The translations under genes were made by a program, and so were the position numbers. Below are positions 26,566 to 35,603 of a DNA stretch of 64,000 nucleotides, in pieces. The stretch's first letter is position 1. The number at the start of each line of letters is the position of its first letter. Source of the DNA: Candidatus Iainarchaeum sp. (GTDB lineage: Archaea > Iainarchaeota > Iainarchaeia > Iainarchaeales > UBA10219); the NCBI GenBank assembly GCA_018304425.1, contig JAGVWE010000002.1:384001-448000 (forward strand), read 5' to 3'. The notes under the pieces are model-generated. The model did not search any database. It saw only the letters and a program-made list of their open reading frames with translations, and was not told the DNA's origin.

Positions 26566-27120
26566 ATGCGCTTACCTGCGCCTGGCGGAAGACCCAACCG
26601 ACGCCCGGGCGCCCCCGGACCGAAAAGGCCCGGGGTCAGGCGCCCCGGACGCGCGTCGATTAGGGAGGCCGCCGCCTTGTTCAAAAGGCAGCGCGCGGGC
26701 AGGCCGCGGGCCAGGCCGCCCTTCAAGCAGGCATTAGAACCTAAACCACCCAAGGCCGTCGAGGTGAAACGCCGGCGGGAAGAAGAATTGCGCAAGGTTT
26801 CCAGGCACTTGCCGCCCAACTTTCGGCGGTTTTGCGGCTTGATCAACTCGGCCGCGCGTGAGCATTGCCCTGATTTGGACGGCACTACACGTGCGCGCAT
26901 TTATGTTGGCGCATCCAATCTCCTGGTCGCCCAATACCAAATAAACGACGGGAAAACGCATTACGACGATTACACTTACTCGCTCCCGAACCGGCGGCGA
27001 TTAGCCGTCCGGCTGGAGGCCAAGGGACGCTTTCAGGCGCCCGTGCTCAAAGTCCACTTGGTCGTGACCGGGGAAGGTGGAGCACAAGGCGGAGGCGGCA
27101 GCCACCTCGCGCCGATTTAA
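26566..27120 (+). CDS. Hypothetical protein with Arg/Pro-rich N-terminus (paralog B)
   Basis: RARIY..ASNLLV..PNRRRLAVRL..GRFQAP matches paralog A. Confidence 0.65.
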   Translation: MRLPAPGGRPNRRPGAPGPKRPGVRRPGRASIREAAALFKRQRAGRPRARPPFKQALEPKPPKAVEVKRRREEELRKVSRHLPPNFRRFCGLINSAAREHCPDLDGTTRARIYVGASNLLVAQYQINDGKTHYDDYTYSLPNRRRLAVRLEAKGRFQAPVLKVHLVVTGEGGAQGGGGSHLAPI

Positions 27121-27326
27121 TCCAACGCGTGTAAAAAAAGGCCATAGAAGCTACATAACTAAATCCGGCTTGCCTTCGTTCCCCGCCCCAAGCCAGTCCT
27201 CACCACCCTACGCCAAGTCAGGATCGCCCAATTTTTCGCGCGAACGCCGTAAACCCCTGCGACGACCCCCATAGTTCCACTAAAGCCATTCCAGGCGGAA
27301 TAAGGCACCCAGAACTAATCAGCGTA

Positions 27327-27354
27327 TTGCCGGATAAGATAGATTATCCTGCAC
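27327..27354. other. Candidate Xer dif-like site (11-6-11)
   Basis: TTGCCGGATAA-GATAGA-TTATCCTGCAC; arms 9/11 inverted-identical with an inner TAA/TTA boundary. Confidence 0.4.
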
Positions 27355-27857
27355 AGTTGCGAAGGAAATATCGTAAAAACGAAAAAATAAAAGTGGGTTG
27401 GAGATGGCACCAGGGAGCAGAGTGGCTTGGGTGGGGGAGGGGTAAAGCCACCTCCAGATAAGTTATGTAGAAAATTAGGTTGTTTTGGTTGCCTTGCTTG
27501 CTTGGCAGCCGGTTCGTATGGGTGGGAGCGGGTCCCAACGCGGGAAATCAATCAAGGCGCGACACAGCCAGACCGTTTATCCGGGATTTTCCGAGTTAGT
27601 TCCTTCCAATGAGTATCAAGGGTTTGGCAACCCAAAAACGGGCGAGTCCATGCGAACCAACCGGTTTTGAGCTAGCATCCAAAGCGATTTTTCGCCCAAA
27701 AACCGGTTTAGGCCCTGTAAGCTTGCATGCACGGTGGCATTTTGGCTGGGCCTGTTAGGACCCAGCTCGGCCCCAACAAGAAGGCATTTAGGATAGTTTG
27801 GGTGACAGAGTGGGACTGCAGAGGCAGCAGCAGGAATCATGCTCGGCCACCACCCAG

Positions 27858-27882
27858 ATTATGTAGTCACTAACTACATAAT
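27858..27882. promoter_or_regulatory. Perfect palindrome ATTATGTAGT-N5-ACTACATAAT (candidate protein-binding site)
   Basis: 10-bp arms; an imperfect copy with the same spacing lies at 12580-12602. Confidence 0.55.
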
Positions 27883-28737
27883 TTATCTTTGTGGGCCTTG
27901 CTTCACCACCGCCAAAATCTGTTTTGCCCGCTCCCTTATGGTGTGCTTTTCAAGCACGAGCTTTTGCCCTGCTTTGGCAAGGGCTTCCCGTTCTTCGGCG
28001 TGGCGGAGATAGTAATAGGCGAGGTCCCGCATTTCCTTAAGCGTGTGGTATTCCCGGTAGTGTTTGCCTTCCTGGACTGCGTCCATGGTGCGGGTTTCAG
28101 GAATCGGGTTGCTCAGTAGGAACGCACCCGACCCCAGTACCTCGAACACCCGCAGGTTGAGTTCGTTGGCTATGCTGTAATTGAGGCCGATTTTCGTGGT
28201 CGAGTAGATTTTCCCCATTTCATTCAAATAAGCTTTTCCGATAAAGGCGTTTTTGAAATTTCTGGTGGCAAACCTCCTGAACAGGCGGCGTTGTTCCGAG
28301 TTTTGACCGACAAAGGCGACGTCCAACGTCCGTTCGAGACCCCGCTCGTAGATGGTGGCTTCGTCTGCGGCCAGGGGCAGCAAGTGGATGTCCGCCGCTT
28401 TTTTTGGAAGGTCTTCCCGCATTTTTTTAACACCTGCCACATGGGGAACAAATACAAAATCATGGTTTTTTGCCACGGCTAATTCGTTTGAGTAGTTGAT
28501 GTGGGTGTCAATGGCCCAGTAAGCGCGTGGGCCCTGGGGCAGCGGGAGCTGGTGGTAGTGCCGGGAGGAATGCACTTCGAGGTAGAGGTCGAAGTCATCC
28601 TGGCTGGGGGTGCGAGCCCATTCAAGGTCAATGGAGTCAAAGGCTTCCACTCTGTGGCCCAGTCTTTCCAGGGAACGGTGCAGCACGCCCCCCGTGCAGT
28701 AAGGCCTGTGGGTTGCGTAGAACAAGGCAATTTTCAT
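27883..28737 (-). CDS. Glycosyltransferase, CgeB/Glyco_trans_1_2-like
   Basis: WAIDTH, LPLAAD, LNLRVFEVLGSG, HTIRERA. Confidence 0.85.
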   Translation of the reverse strand: MKIALFYATHRPYCTGGVLHRSLERLGHRVEAFDSIDLEWARTPSQDDFDLYLEVHSSRHYHQLPLPQGPRAYWAIDTHINYSNELAVAKNHDFVFVPHVAGVKKMREDLPKKAADIHLLPLAADEATIYERGLERTLDVAFVGQNSEQRRLFRRFATRNFKNAFIGKAYLNEMGKIYSTTKIGLNYSIANELNLRVFEVLGSGAFLLSNPIPETRTMDAVQEGKHYREYHTLKEMRDLAYYYLRHAEEREALAKAGQKLVLEKHTIRERAKQILAVVKQGPQR

Positions 28738-29486
28738 GGTTTGATTCGCCCCCATTCTTGTTCAAGGTTGCGCCTGAAATCCGGGTATTTCTTCGCGAGG
28801 ATTTGGTCATTTCGTTTTTCCTGGGCCGTTATTTCTTCGCGGTTTTGGTCATGGTTTTGGTGTGCAATGTAGGTGAAGGGGTTGAGCCAGAAAAGCCGCT
28901 TCCCGGCTTCTTCCATGCGGGTGCGGAGGTCATTGTCGAGCCGCCCCCAGCCAGTGAATTCTTCGTTGAATCCCCGCAGCAATTCAAAATTGTGTTTGCT
29001 GCTGGCCTGGCAGTCCCCCGCCCACCAGTGCGAGCGTTGCACGGTGGAAGCGAACCGCGTAAGGGAATCCATTTTTTCCACCAAACGCGTGCCCTGGGCT
29101 TCCACGGTTTGCTGGTCGAAGTCATAGCGTAGACACAGGGCCAGGCGATCCGGGAACACGGCGAACAACGCATCCAAAGCCAGCAGGAAGTGTTTTTCAA
29201 ATAGGATGTCGGCATTGGTGGATATCACGAATTCGCCTTTTGCTTGCCGGATGCCGATGTTCTTGGCACGTGCCTCGTTGAAGGGCCCGTTTTCATGGGT
29301 GTACAAATAGCAGACGCCAGGCACGCGTTCCTTGACCCAGGCTTCCAACCCATCGTGGCCGCCATAATCAACCACGATTATTTCATACTGGTTTTTGGGG
29401 AATTGTTGTTGGCGCAGGCTCAACAAGGCGTTATGTAGCCGTATTCCTTTTCGATTCCTTACTGGCACTACAAAAGAGTATTTCAC
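28734..29486 (-). CDS. GT2 glycosyltransferase; start uncertain
   Basis: SFVVPVRNR, VVDYG, NADI, GFNEEFTGWGRLD. Confidence 0.88.
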   Translation of the reverse strand: MKYSFVVPVRNRKGIRLHNALLSLRQQQFPKNQYEIIVVDYGGHDGLEAWVKERVPGVCYLYTHENGPFNEARAKNIGIRQAKGEFVISTNADILFEKHFLLALDALFAVFPDRLALCLRYDFDQQTVEAQGTRLVEKMDSLTRFASTVQRSHWWAGDCQASSKHNFELLRGFNEEFTGWGRLDNDLRTRMEEAGKRLFWLNPFTYIAHQNHDQNREEITAQEKRNDQILAKKYPDFRRNLEQEWGRIKP

Positions 29487-29643
29487 GCAGGTTCCCCGCG
29501 TCCCCATCCCCTTTTCCCATTGGAGGGCCAGCCATACCAGCAGCACATCCATTACGGGGTTGCCACTAAAGTAGCCCAATACGCCCATAACTAAGCCTTT
29601 AAGGCCCATACCCTAATAAAGGTGAAGGGTGCAGGGTAAGTAT

Positions 29644-31077
29644 ATGGGGGCTTGTTTACGGGTTTTCCTCGGGAACCCGCCCTGGAGTAAGCCAGGTCGT
29701 TTGGGGGTACGCGCGGGTAGCCGCTGGCCTTTCACCATGGTTGTGAAGGCAGGGGAACGGCTTCCCTTTTATGTGCCCTTTCCTTTTTACCTGGCCTATG
29801 CTGCAGCCGTGCTTGAACGCGAGGGCCACCAGGTCTTACTCGTGGACGCAATTGCGGAAGGAATCACTGAGGAGGAGTTCCTTGCACGGGCTGCCGACTT
29901 CCGTCCGGACGCAATTATACTTGAGACTTCCACGCCAACCATTGCAGTTGATTTGGCCAGTGCCAAATCCCTCAAGCAGCGCACCAATGCCCGCATAATC
30001 TTGTGCGGGCCACATGTCACGGTGGAAGGTGCTCGCATCCTTCGCGAGAACAAATTCGTTGATTTTGCCGCGGTCGGGGAGTATGAGTTTGTGGTTCGTG
30101 ACCTGGTTACTGCACTGGCGTCTGGTGCGGATGCTTCCACCCTGAAGGGCGTCCTGCTCCGAAAAGAGGGGGTAGTGGTCGACACGGGCCGTGCCGAACC
30201 CGTCGACATCAACCAGTTGCCTTGGCCGGCCCGCCATTTCCTGCCCATGCTGAATTATCGCGATGGAAACGCCGGCTTGCCTCAGCCGAGCCTGCAGTTG
30301 CATGCCAGCCGTGGGTGTCCCTTTCGGTGTGATTTCTGCCTGTGGCCTCAAGTCATGTATAATGGTGGCAAGTACCGGGTGCGTGACCCGAAAGACGTGG
30401 TGGACGAAATCGAGTTTTGTCTCAAGACCTGGGGTTTCCAGTCGTTTTACTTTGACGATGACACCTTTGACATCGGCAGGGACCGCATTGTTCGTCTTTG
30501 CGACGAGATCAAGGCCCGCAACATCCGCGTGCCCTGGGAAGCCATGTGCCGGGCCGACACCTGTGACTACGCCATGCTGAAAGCCATGAAGGATGCGGGT
30601 TTGTACTGTCTTAAATTCGGCGTCGAATCCGGTAACCAGGAGACCCTGAAACGCATCCGAAAAAACCTGGACTTGGGCAAGGTCCGGCAGACCATGCGGG
30701 AATGCAGGGAATTGGGCATCAAGACACATTTGACGTTCACCTTTGGCTTGACCGGCGAAACCATCGAGGACGTCAAGAAAACGATTGATTTTGCCATCGA
30801 ACTGGATCCCGACAGCGTGCAGTTTTCCTTGACCACACCGTTCCCGGGAACCGATTTTTATAAGAATCTTGATGCGCGGGGCCTCATCATTTCAACGGAC
30901 TGGAGCAAGTATGATGGAAACGCCACCGCCGTGTTTCGCGCTGAGAATCTTTCCCCCAAGCAGTTGGAGAATGCATTGGCTGAGGCCAAGCGAAGGTGGC
31001 AGGCACATAAGCGGTTCAGGCACCGCATCCACCAAGTGAAGGGGATCCTGCGGCTCCTTGTTCCGCCGACCCAGTGA
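29644..31077 (+). CDS. B12-binding radical SAM protein (HpnJ-like subgroup)
   Basis: NPPW..RAGSRWP, SRGCPFRCDFC, FDDD, GVESG. Confidence 0.88.
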   Translation: MGACLRVFLGNPPWSKPGRLGVRAGSRWPFTMVVKAGERLPFYVPFPFYLAYAAAVLEREGHQVLLVDAIAEGITEEEFLARAADFRPDAIILETSTPTIAVDLASAKSLKQRTNARIILCGPHVTVEGARILRENKFVDFAAVGEYEFVVRDLVTALASGADASTLKGVLLRKEGVVVDTGRAEPVDINQLPWPARHFLPMLNYRDGNAGLPQPSLQLHASRGCPFRCDFCLWPQVMYNGGKYRVRDPKDVVDEIEFCLKTWGFQSFYFDDDTFDIGRDRIVRLCDEIKARNIRVPWEAMCRADTCDYAMLKAMKDAGLYCLKFGVESGNQETLKRIRKNLDLGKVRQTMRECRELGIKTHLTFTFGLTGETIEDVKKTIDFAIELDPDSVQFSLTTPFPGTDFYKNLDARGLIISTDWSKYDGNATAVFRAENLSPKQLENALAEAKRRWQAHKRFRHRIHQVKGILRLLVPPTQ

Positions 31078-31107
31078 GGCAACCAAAGCTTTATATGGTT
31101 TGTTTGG

Positions 31108-32157
31108 ATGGATATATTCATGAGCCTTGAACAAAGGATTGCCCGGAAGTCCAAGGAATGGGGCCTGAAACAGATCAGCACCATGGTCATTGACAACTGC
31201 AATGCCAAGTGCCTGCAGTGCTTTGTCTGGAAACGGGAGCCTAGGCCGCGTTTCAGCCCCGAGGAGATGGACCAGTTTCTGTCCCATTCCGACATCAGCA
31301 AGCTCACCAGTTTCTCGATTTCCGGGGGCGAACCCACTTTGCGCAATGACTTGCGGGACATCCTGCTGGCGATTCGCCAGCACTATTCAGGTCATATGGT
31401 GGTCCAAAGCAATTGTTTCATGAAGCCGCGCCTGATCAAGGCAGTCAAGAACATTGAGAACCTGACTGTTTGCTGTTCCATTGATGGAGTTGGGGAAATG
31501 CATTCTACTTTGCGGGGTATGCCGGGTGGTTATGAGATGGTCATCGACACCATGGAGTCCTTGAAGCAGGAAGGCATCGATTTCCTGGTGTCTTTCACGG
31601 TGCAGTCCCGGAACCAGCACCAGATTTTTGACGTCTTCGATATCGCCAAGCGTTTCGACGTGCCGTTTTGGACGCGGCCTGCTGGGACCGGGCACTTGTT
31701 CAATAAGTATGACCAAGACCAGCTGGATTCCAAGAAACTCATTGCCGATCTAGAGAAGATAAAGGAGATCAACCCGGTCTGGATTTCAGCTGACATCGAC
31801 TACCTTAAGCAGGGGCATCTGCCGTTTCCCTGCACAGCCGGCTATAACTCGGTGCTTATCGCCCCCAACTTCGACGTTTTTCCCTGTTCGCATTGCTCCG
31901 AAACCTGGTTGTTGGGCAACATTCGGGACGTGAACTATAACCTCAATGCGTTGTTGACCCCGAAGTTCAGCGCCAATTGCCGCAAATGCATCAACGAAAT
32001 CGCACACCCATTCATCGCGCAGGAGAAATATGGCTTCATGGAAAGCGAGTTGCCCAAGCTGATGGCGAAACCGCCAGGCTATTTCTTGAAGGGCCTCATC
32101 CACCCGGTAAAGGCGGCTGCAAGGGTTAAAAAGCTTGTTGAGGCCATTAGCAGTTAA
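31108..32157 (+). CDS. Radical SAM protein with a SPASM/twitch domain
   Basis: CNAKCLQC, GGEP, CTAG..VFPC..CRKC. Confidence 0.88.
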   Translation: MDIFMSLEQRIARKSKEWGLKQISTMVIDNCNAKCLQCFVWKREPRPRFSPEEMDQFLSHSDISKLTSFSISGGEPTLRNDLRDILLAIRQHYSGHMVVQSNCFMKPRLIKAVKNIENLTVCCSIDGVGEMHSTLRGMPGGYEMVIDTMESLKQEGIDFLVSFTVQSRNQHQIFDVFDIAKRFDVPFWTRPAGTGHLFNKYDQDQLDSKKLIADLEKIKEINPVWISADIDYLKQGHLPFPCTAGYNSVLIAPNFDVFPCSHCSETWLLGNIRDVNYNLNALLTPKFSANCRKCINEIAHPFIAQEKYGFMESELPKLMAKPPGYFLKGLIHPVKAAARVKKLVEAISS

Positions 32158-32957
32158 TGTTGTCCGTCGTCGTATCGACCTTCAACCGGCAGAGCGTGTA
32201 TGCTACCCTCAGCGCACTCAAGCAACTTCAGGTGCCCGTTGAAATAATCGTGGTTGACGATGGCAGCCAGGTCCCGGTTCAGGCCGGGGGCGTGCGCTTG
32301 TACCGGAACGCTGAGAACAAGGGCTTGTCCCATTGCAGGAACAAGGGCCTGGAACTGGCGTCCAACGACTTTGTCGCTTTCATCGATGATGATGCCTTGC
32401 CTGCGCTGGCCTGGTCCCAGCAGCTGGAGCAGTCGCTGCTGGCGGGTGCTGACATCGTTGGGGGCCAAATCGCACCAGAGTGGGTAGTGCGTGCGCCTTG
32501 GTGGTTTTGCAGCCTCAACGAGTGCCTGGTGGGCGTGAACCCGACTACGCGGATTATCCTGGGTTGTAATTTCGCGGTCCGACGGTCTTTCCTGCGTTTG
32601 CATGGGCTGATTTTTAATGAGTCTTTGGGGCGGAAGGGCCAGGACTTGATTGCCGGGGAGGAAAGCGAGTTGTTTTTTAGGGCCCGGGAAAGGGGGGCGA
32701 AAATCGTTTTTAATGCCGGTGCCTTGGTACTGCACATCCTGGGCCCAGAGCGTGCGGTCTTGTCCTATCTGGTGCGCAGGGTCTTTGCCGAAGGCCGTAC
32801 GGAGGGAATCCGCCGCCGTTTTGGGCAACATTTTGGCTATTTCTTGAACAGCCTTCGCCGGGCTTTCCACCACCGTCGTTTCAGAGAAGTGGGGATAGGC
32901 TTCTTGGAATTGCCTCTTTATCTTGCCGGCGGTCTCTGGGGTAAACTCGTGGGCTGA
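32157..32957 (+). CDS. GT2 glycosyltransferase
   Basis: VVVSTFNR, VVDDGS, FIDDD, GEESEL. Confidence 0.88.
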   Translation: MLSVVVSTFNRQSVYATLSALKQLQVPVEIIVVDDGSQVPVQAGGVRLYRNAENKGLSHCRNKGLELASNDFVAFIDDDALPALAWSQQLEQSLLAGADIVGGQIAPEWVVRAPWWFCSLNECLVGVNPTTRIILGCNFAVRRSFLRLHGLIFNESLGRKGQDLIAGEESELFFRARERGAKIVFNAGALVLHILGPERAVLSYLVRRVFAEGRTEGIRRRFGQHFGYFLNSLRRAFHHRRFREVGIGFLELPLYLAGGLWGKLVG

Positions 32958-33403
32958 ATGACTGCATTCTCTTTAAGGGTTTCCAGCACCACATAGCTTT
33001 CGGTTCGAAGCGTGGCCTTGAGGCTTTTAACCCCTTTTTTTTCGTCGAAGACGAACTTGCCTAATTCGGCGTTGTCTTGGAGCCTTACCTTGGCAATCAA
33101 ATCGTGGGGGCCGGTAACCACAAACATTTCCTCTACTACTCCAAGCATGGCTAGGTGTTTGGCTACTTCTTTCTGGCTGTGCCCCGTGGTAACGATGTTG
33201 ACAAATACGGTCACGGGCCGGCCCAGTTTTGCGGCATCTACTACGGCCTTGTACCCGACGATTACGCCGGCCGTTTCAAGTTTTTTGATGCGATGGTAAA
33301 CGGTGGATCTTGGCAGGCGCAGCTCCCTAGCCAATTCATGGATTTTCCTGGCCGAATCCGTCTGCAGGGCCTCCAAAATCAATGAATCGATTTTGTCCAG
33401 CAT
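32918..33403 (-). CDS. Lrp/AsnC family transcriptional regulator
   Basis: LDKIDSLIL..STVYHRIKKLE.GVI.GY, VTGPHD. Confidence 0.92.
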   Translation of the reverse strand: MLDKIDSLILEALQTDSARKIHELARELRLPRSTVYHRIKKLETAGVIVGYKAVVDAAKLGRPVTVFVNIVTTGHSQKEVAKHLAMLGVVEEMFVVTGPHDLIAKVRLQDNAELGKFVFDEKKGVKSLKATLRTESYVVLETLKENAVIQPTSLPQRPPAR

Positions 33404-33662
33404 ATGCCATTTAGCTTGGCATTATTTTTTAACTATTGTGTTTATATGAAAAATTGGTTCTTTTTATTGGTTTTTATCGATTTTTTTACAAGAAAGCCAC
33501 CCAACCATTAATATAGTTCCAGCCAACCTGTATAGGTAATGGGTAGCCAAAAGCAGCGCGGTGGGACCGCTTCGTGTGGGGCGAGCAGGCGGAAAAGGAA
33601 GAAGGGGGCCAGAGCCAAAAACGATTATGGCAACCCGTGTTGGCTTATGGCCTAGTGCGTAA

Positions 33663-33776
33663 TCAGTCCATGCGAGCAACAAGGCCCTTGGCTTTCAGTT
33701 TCTCGGCAATGGTTCGCTTGACGGAAAAGATTTTGCCCGTGGTCAGTTCGACACGAACCTTGTTCTCAAGTCCCAT
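33663..33776 (-). CDS. 37-aa small basic protein; absent from the ORF track
   Basis: MGLENKVRVELTTGKIFSVKRTIAEKLKAKGLVARMD; GAGGGTGA RBS; TTAAATA upstream. Confidence 0.7.
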   Translation of the reverse strand: MGLENKVRVELTTGKIFSVKRTIAEKLKAKGLVARMD

Positions 33777-33925
33777 GATACAAATCACCCTCGCTTGGTT
33801 GCTTTAGGCGTTGCCTTATTCAACACCTATTTGTAGGTCTTATACTGAAGCGATAGGGGGTATTTAAGCCTAGCAGTATTCGGAATCCTAACCCAACCCA
33901 AACCCGTTTTTATGTATAAATAGTG

Positions 33926-34306
33926 TTAGTCCTTTACTGTAAGTGGGATCCGTTTGGTCGATTCGTTGGCCACGTAGCTCCAGTCATTGAAGTGTTCCGT
34001 GACGCGAATCATGATTTCTTGTTCGCCTGGCTGGGTCATTTGCTTGGGGTACACATCAAAGTACCACGCCAACTCTTGCCCCGGCTTAAACGACTCTATT
34101 TTTTTCATGGCGTTTGCCACGATGCCCGATTTGTCCAGGGCCAGTTGTCTGCCAGCTGAAAGCAGGAAGGTGACTTTTTTGGCGGTCTGCCCGGTGTTTC
34201 TCAATTCAACGAACAGCTGCACAGGCCGCCGCTCCTTGAGGCTCATGCGGAACGGGTTAAAATGGGAGTTAATGCTGATGTCGCCCATGATTAATACTCT
34301 CTCCAT
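33926..34306 (-). CDS. Hypothetical beta-rich (Ig-like) protein
   Basis: VELRNTG...ESFKPGQE pattern. Confidence 0.65.
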   Translation of the reverse strand: MERVLIMGDISINSHFNPFRMSLKERRPVQLFVELRNTGQTAKKVTFLLSAGRQLALDKSGIVANAMKKIESFKPGQELAWYFDVYPKQMTQPGEQEIMIRVTEHFNDWSYVANESTKRIPLTVKD

Positions 34307-34430
34307 AAAGGCTTTAAAAAGGTATTTTTGCGCGCGCTTTTTGCGGGTTGCAAACCATTAAATACTGCTTTGGAAATACTCTATTGGAAAGGAAAAAATC
34401 TTTTTCCTTCCCAGCCGAAGGTATCAGCCT

Positions 34431-34904
34431 ATGACTGCCAAAATCCCGGAAGCCGAGCTGGTTCGGAGGACCTATACCTTGCGGGTGATGGACTTGCCGC
34501 CCAGCGTTTCCCTCACCAAGCGCAGCCTGTTGCGCTGGTTTGCCCTGGCTTTTGGCATCATTTCCGAGCAGGAGTCCCGGTCCACCATTTTTGATGTGCT
34601 GGATTCCCTGTTCTATCACCAGTTCACCAAAAAAACCGACCCCACCTCCGCTGACCTGCAGGCTTACTTGAAATCGAAGGGGCGAAAGGTTTCCGACAAG
34701 CTCCTCCTCTACCACTTGAAGCGGCTCCAGGACAGTGGTCTGGTTCAGCGACGGAAAGGCAAGTACCTGTTTTGTTCAGACGCTTATTCTGATAAGTCCA
34801 ACCTGGCGGCCGGCTTCAAGTCATCGGTTGCAAGCGCGGTCAATAAATCACTGGAAGACATTCAAAGCGTGCTTGGCAAACTGGCCGATGGTTACCGCCG
34901 CTAA
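34431..34904 (+). CDS. Winged-helix (ArsR-like) DNA-binding protein
   Basis: LLYHLKRLQDSGLVQRRKGKY. Confidence 0.75.
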   Translation: MTAKIPEAELVRRTYTLRVMDLPPSVSLTKRSLLRWFALAFGIISEQESRSTIFDVLDSLFYHQFTKKTDPTSADLQAYLKSKGRKVSDKLLLYHLKRLQDSGLVQRRKGKYLFCSDAYSDKSNLAAGFKSSVASAVNKSLEDIQSVLGKLADGYRR

Positions 34905-35587
34905 GCCGTCTTCAAGGCGTGCAAGCATTCCTCCACGCTTTCATGCACGCGCCAATTCTTCTGCAGGGCCAAGTTCCGTAACACGCTGTTGGGGTGCAGG
35001 CACACCGGGGTTTCCACCAATTCAAACATGGGGGCATCGTGTTCCGTGTCCCCAAACGCATAGCTGCCTGCTTTTTCCAGGCCCCGTTCCTTTACCAGCT
35101 TTTCCAGCAACTCCTTTTTGGCGGCATCTGGCCTCAAATCCGTTTTAAGCCTTCCCGTGTAAATGCCTTCCACCACTTCCAGCTCGGTTCCAATGATTTT
35201 CTGCGTCCCCAGCCGTTTTTGGCAGGCGGTTAGGGCTTCTACCAGCGCGCGGGACAAGGCAACCGTGTAATAGCCGCGGGCATTAAACCATTGAACCAGT
35301 TCCGGGGCCCGGTCTCTCCACCCAGTAAACTCCTCGAAAACGGTTTCAGCGGCCTGCAACACGTCTGCCTGTTTCTTGCCTTTAAAGCCAAAACACCATT
35401 GCCGTACCACCTGTTCTCCGCGTTCCTGCCAGGTTGCCTCCCGGCGCTTGTAGCGGTCGACGATGGCCAGGACGCTGTCAAAGTTTTCAGCGGGGAAAAG
35501 GCCGCGTTCAGTGAGGGCTTCCACAAGCTTGAGGCTCAGCGTTTCCCTGGCCAGCGTTCCATCCACATCGAATACCGCAAATTTCAC
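34901..35587 (-). CDS. HAD-IB (SerB-like) phosphatase
   Basis: FDVDGTL, GDTEHD; GGAGG RBS before GTG. Confidence 0.85.
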   Translation of the reverse strand: MKFAVFDVDGTLARETLSLKLVEALTERGLFPAENFDSVLAIVDRYKRREATWQERGEQVVRQWCFGFKGKKQADVLQAAETVFEEFTGWRDRAPELVQWFNARGYYTVALSRALVEALTACQKRLGTQKIIGTELEVVEGIYTGRLKTDLRPDAAKKELLEKLVKERGLEKAGSYAFGDTEHDAPMFELVETPVCLHPNSVLRNLALQKNWRVHESVEECLHALKTA

Positions 35588-35603
35588 GTGCTTTCCTCCG
35601 CCA

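Noticed and set aside
25941-27470. Integron attC cassettes (ACATAAC/GTTATGT resemble R''/R' boxes)
   Set aside because: The paired boxes are about 320 bp apart, no L boxes are evident, and the recombinase lacks the IntI-specific insertion
33663-33776. Archaeal histone
   Set aside because: Too short and lacks the three-helix histone-fold pattern
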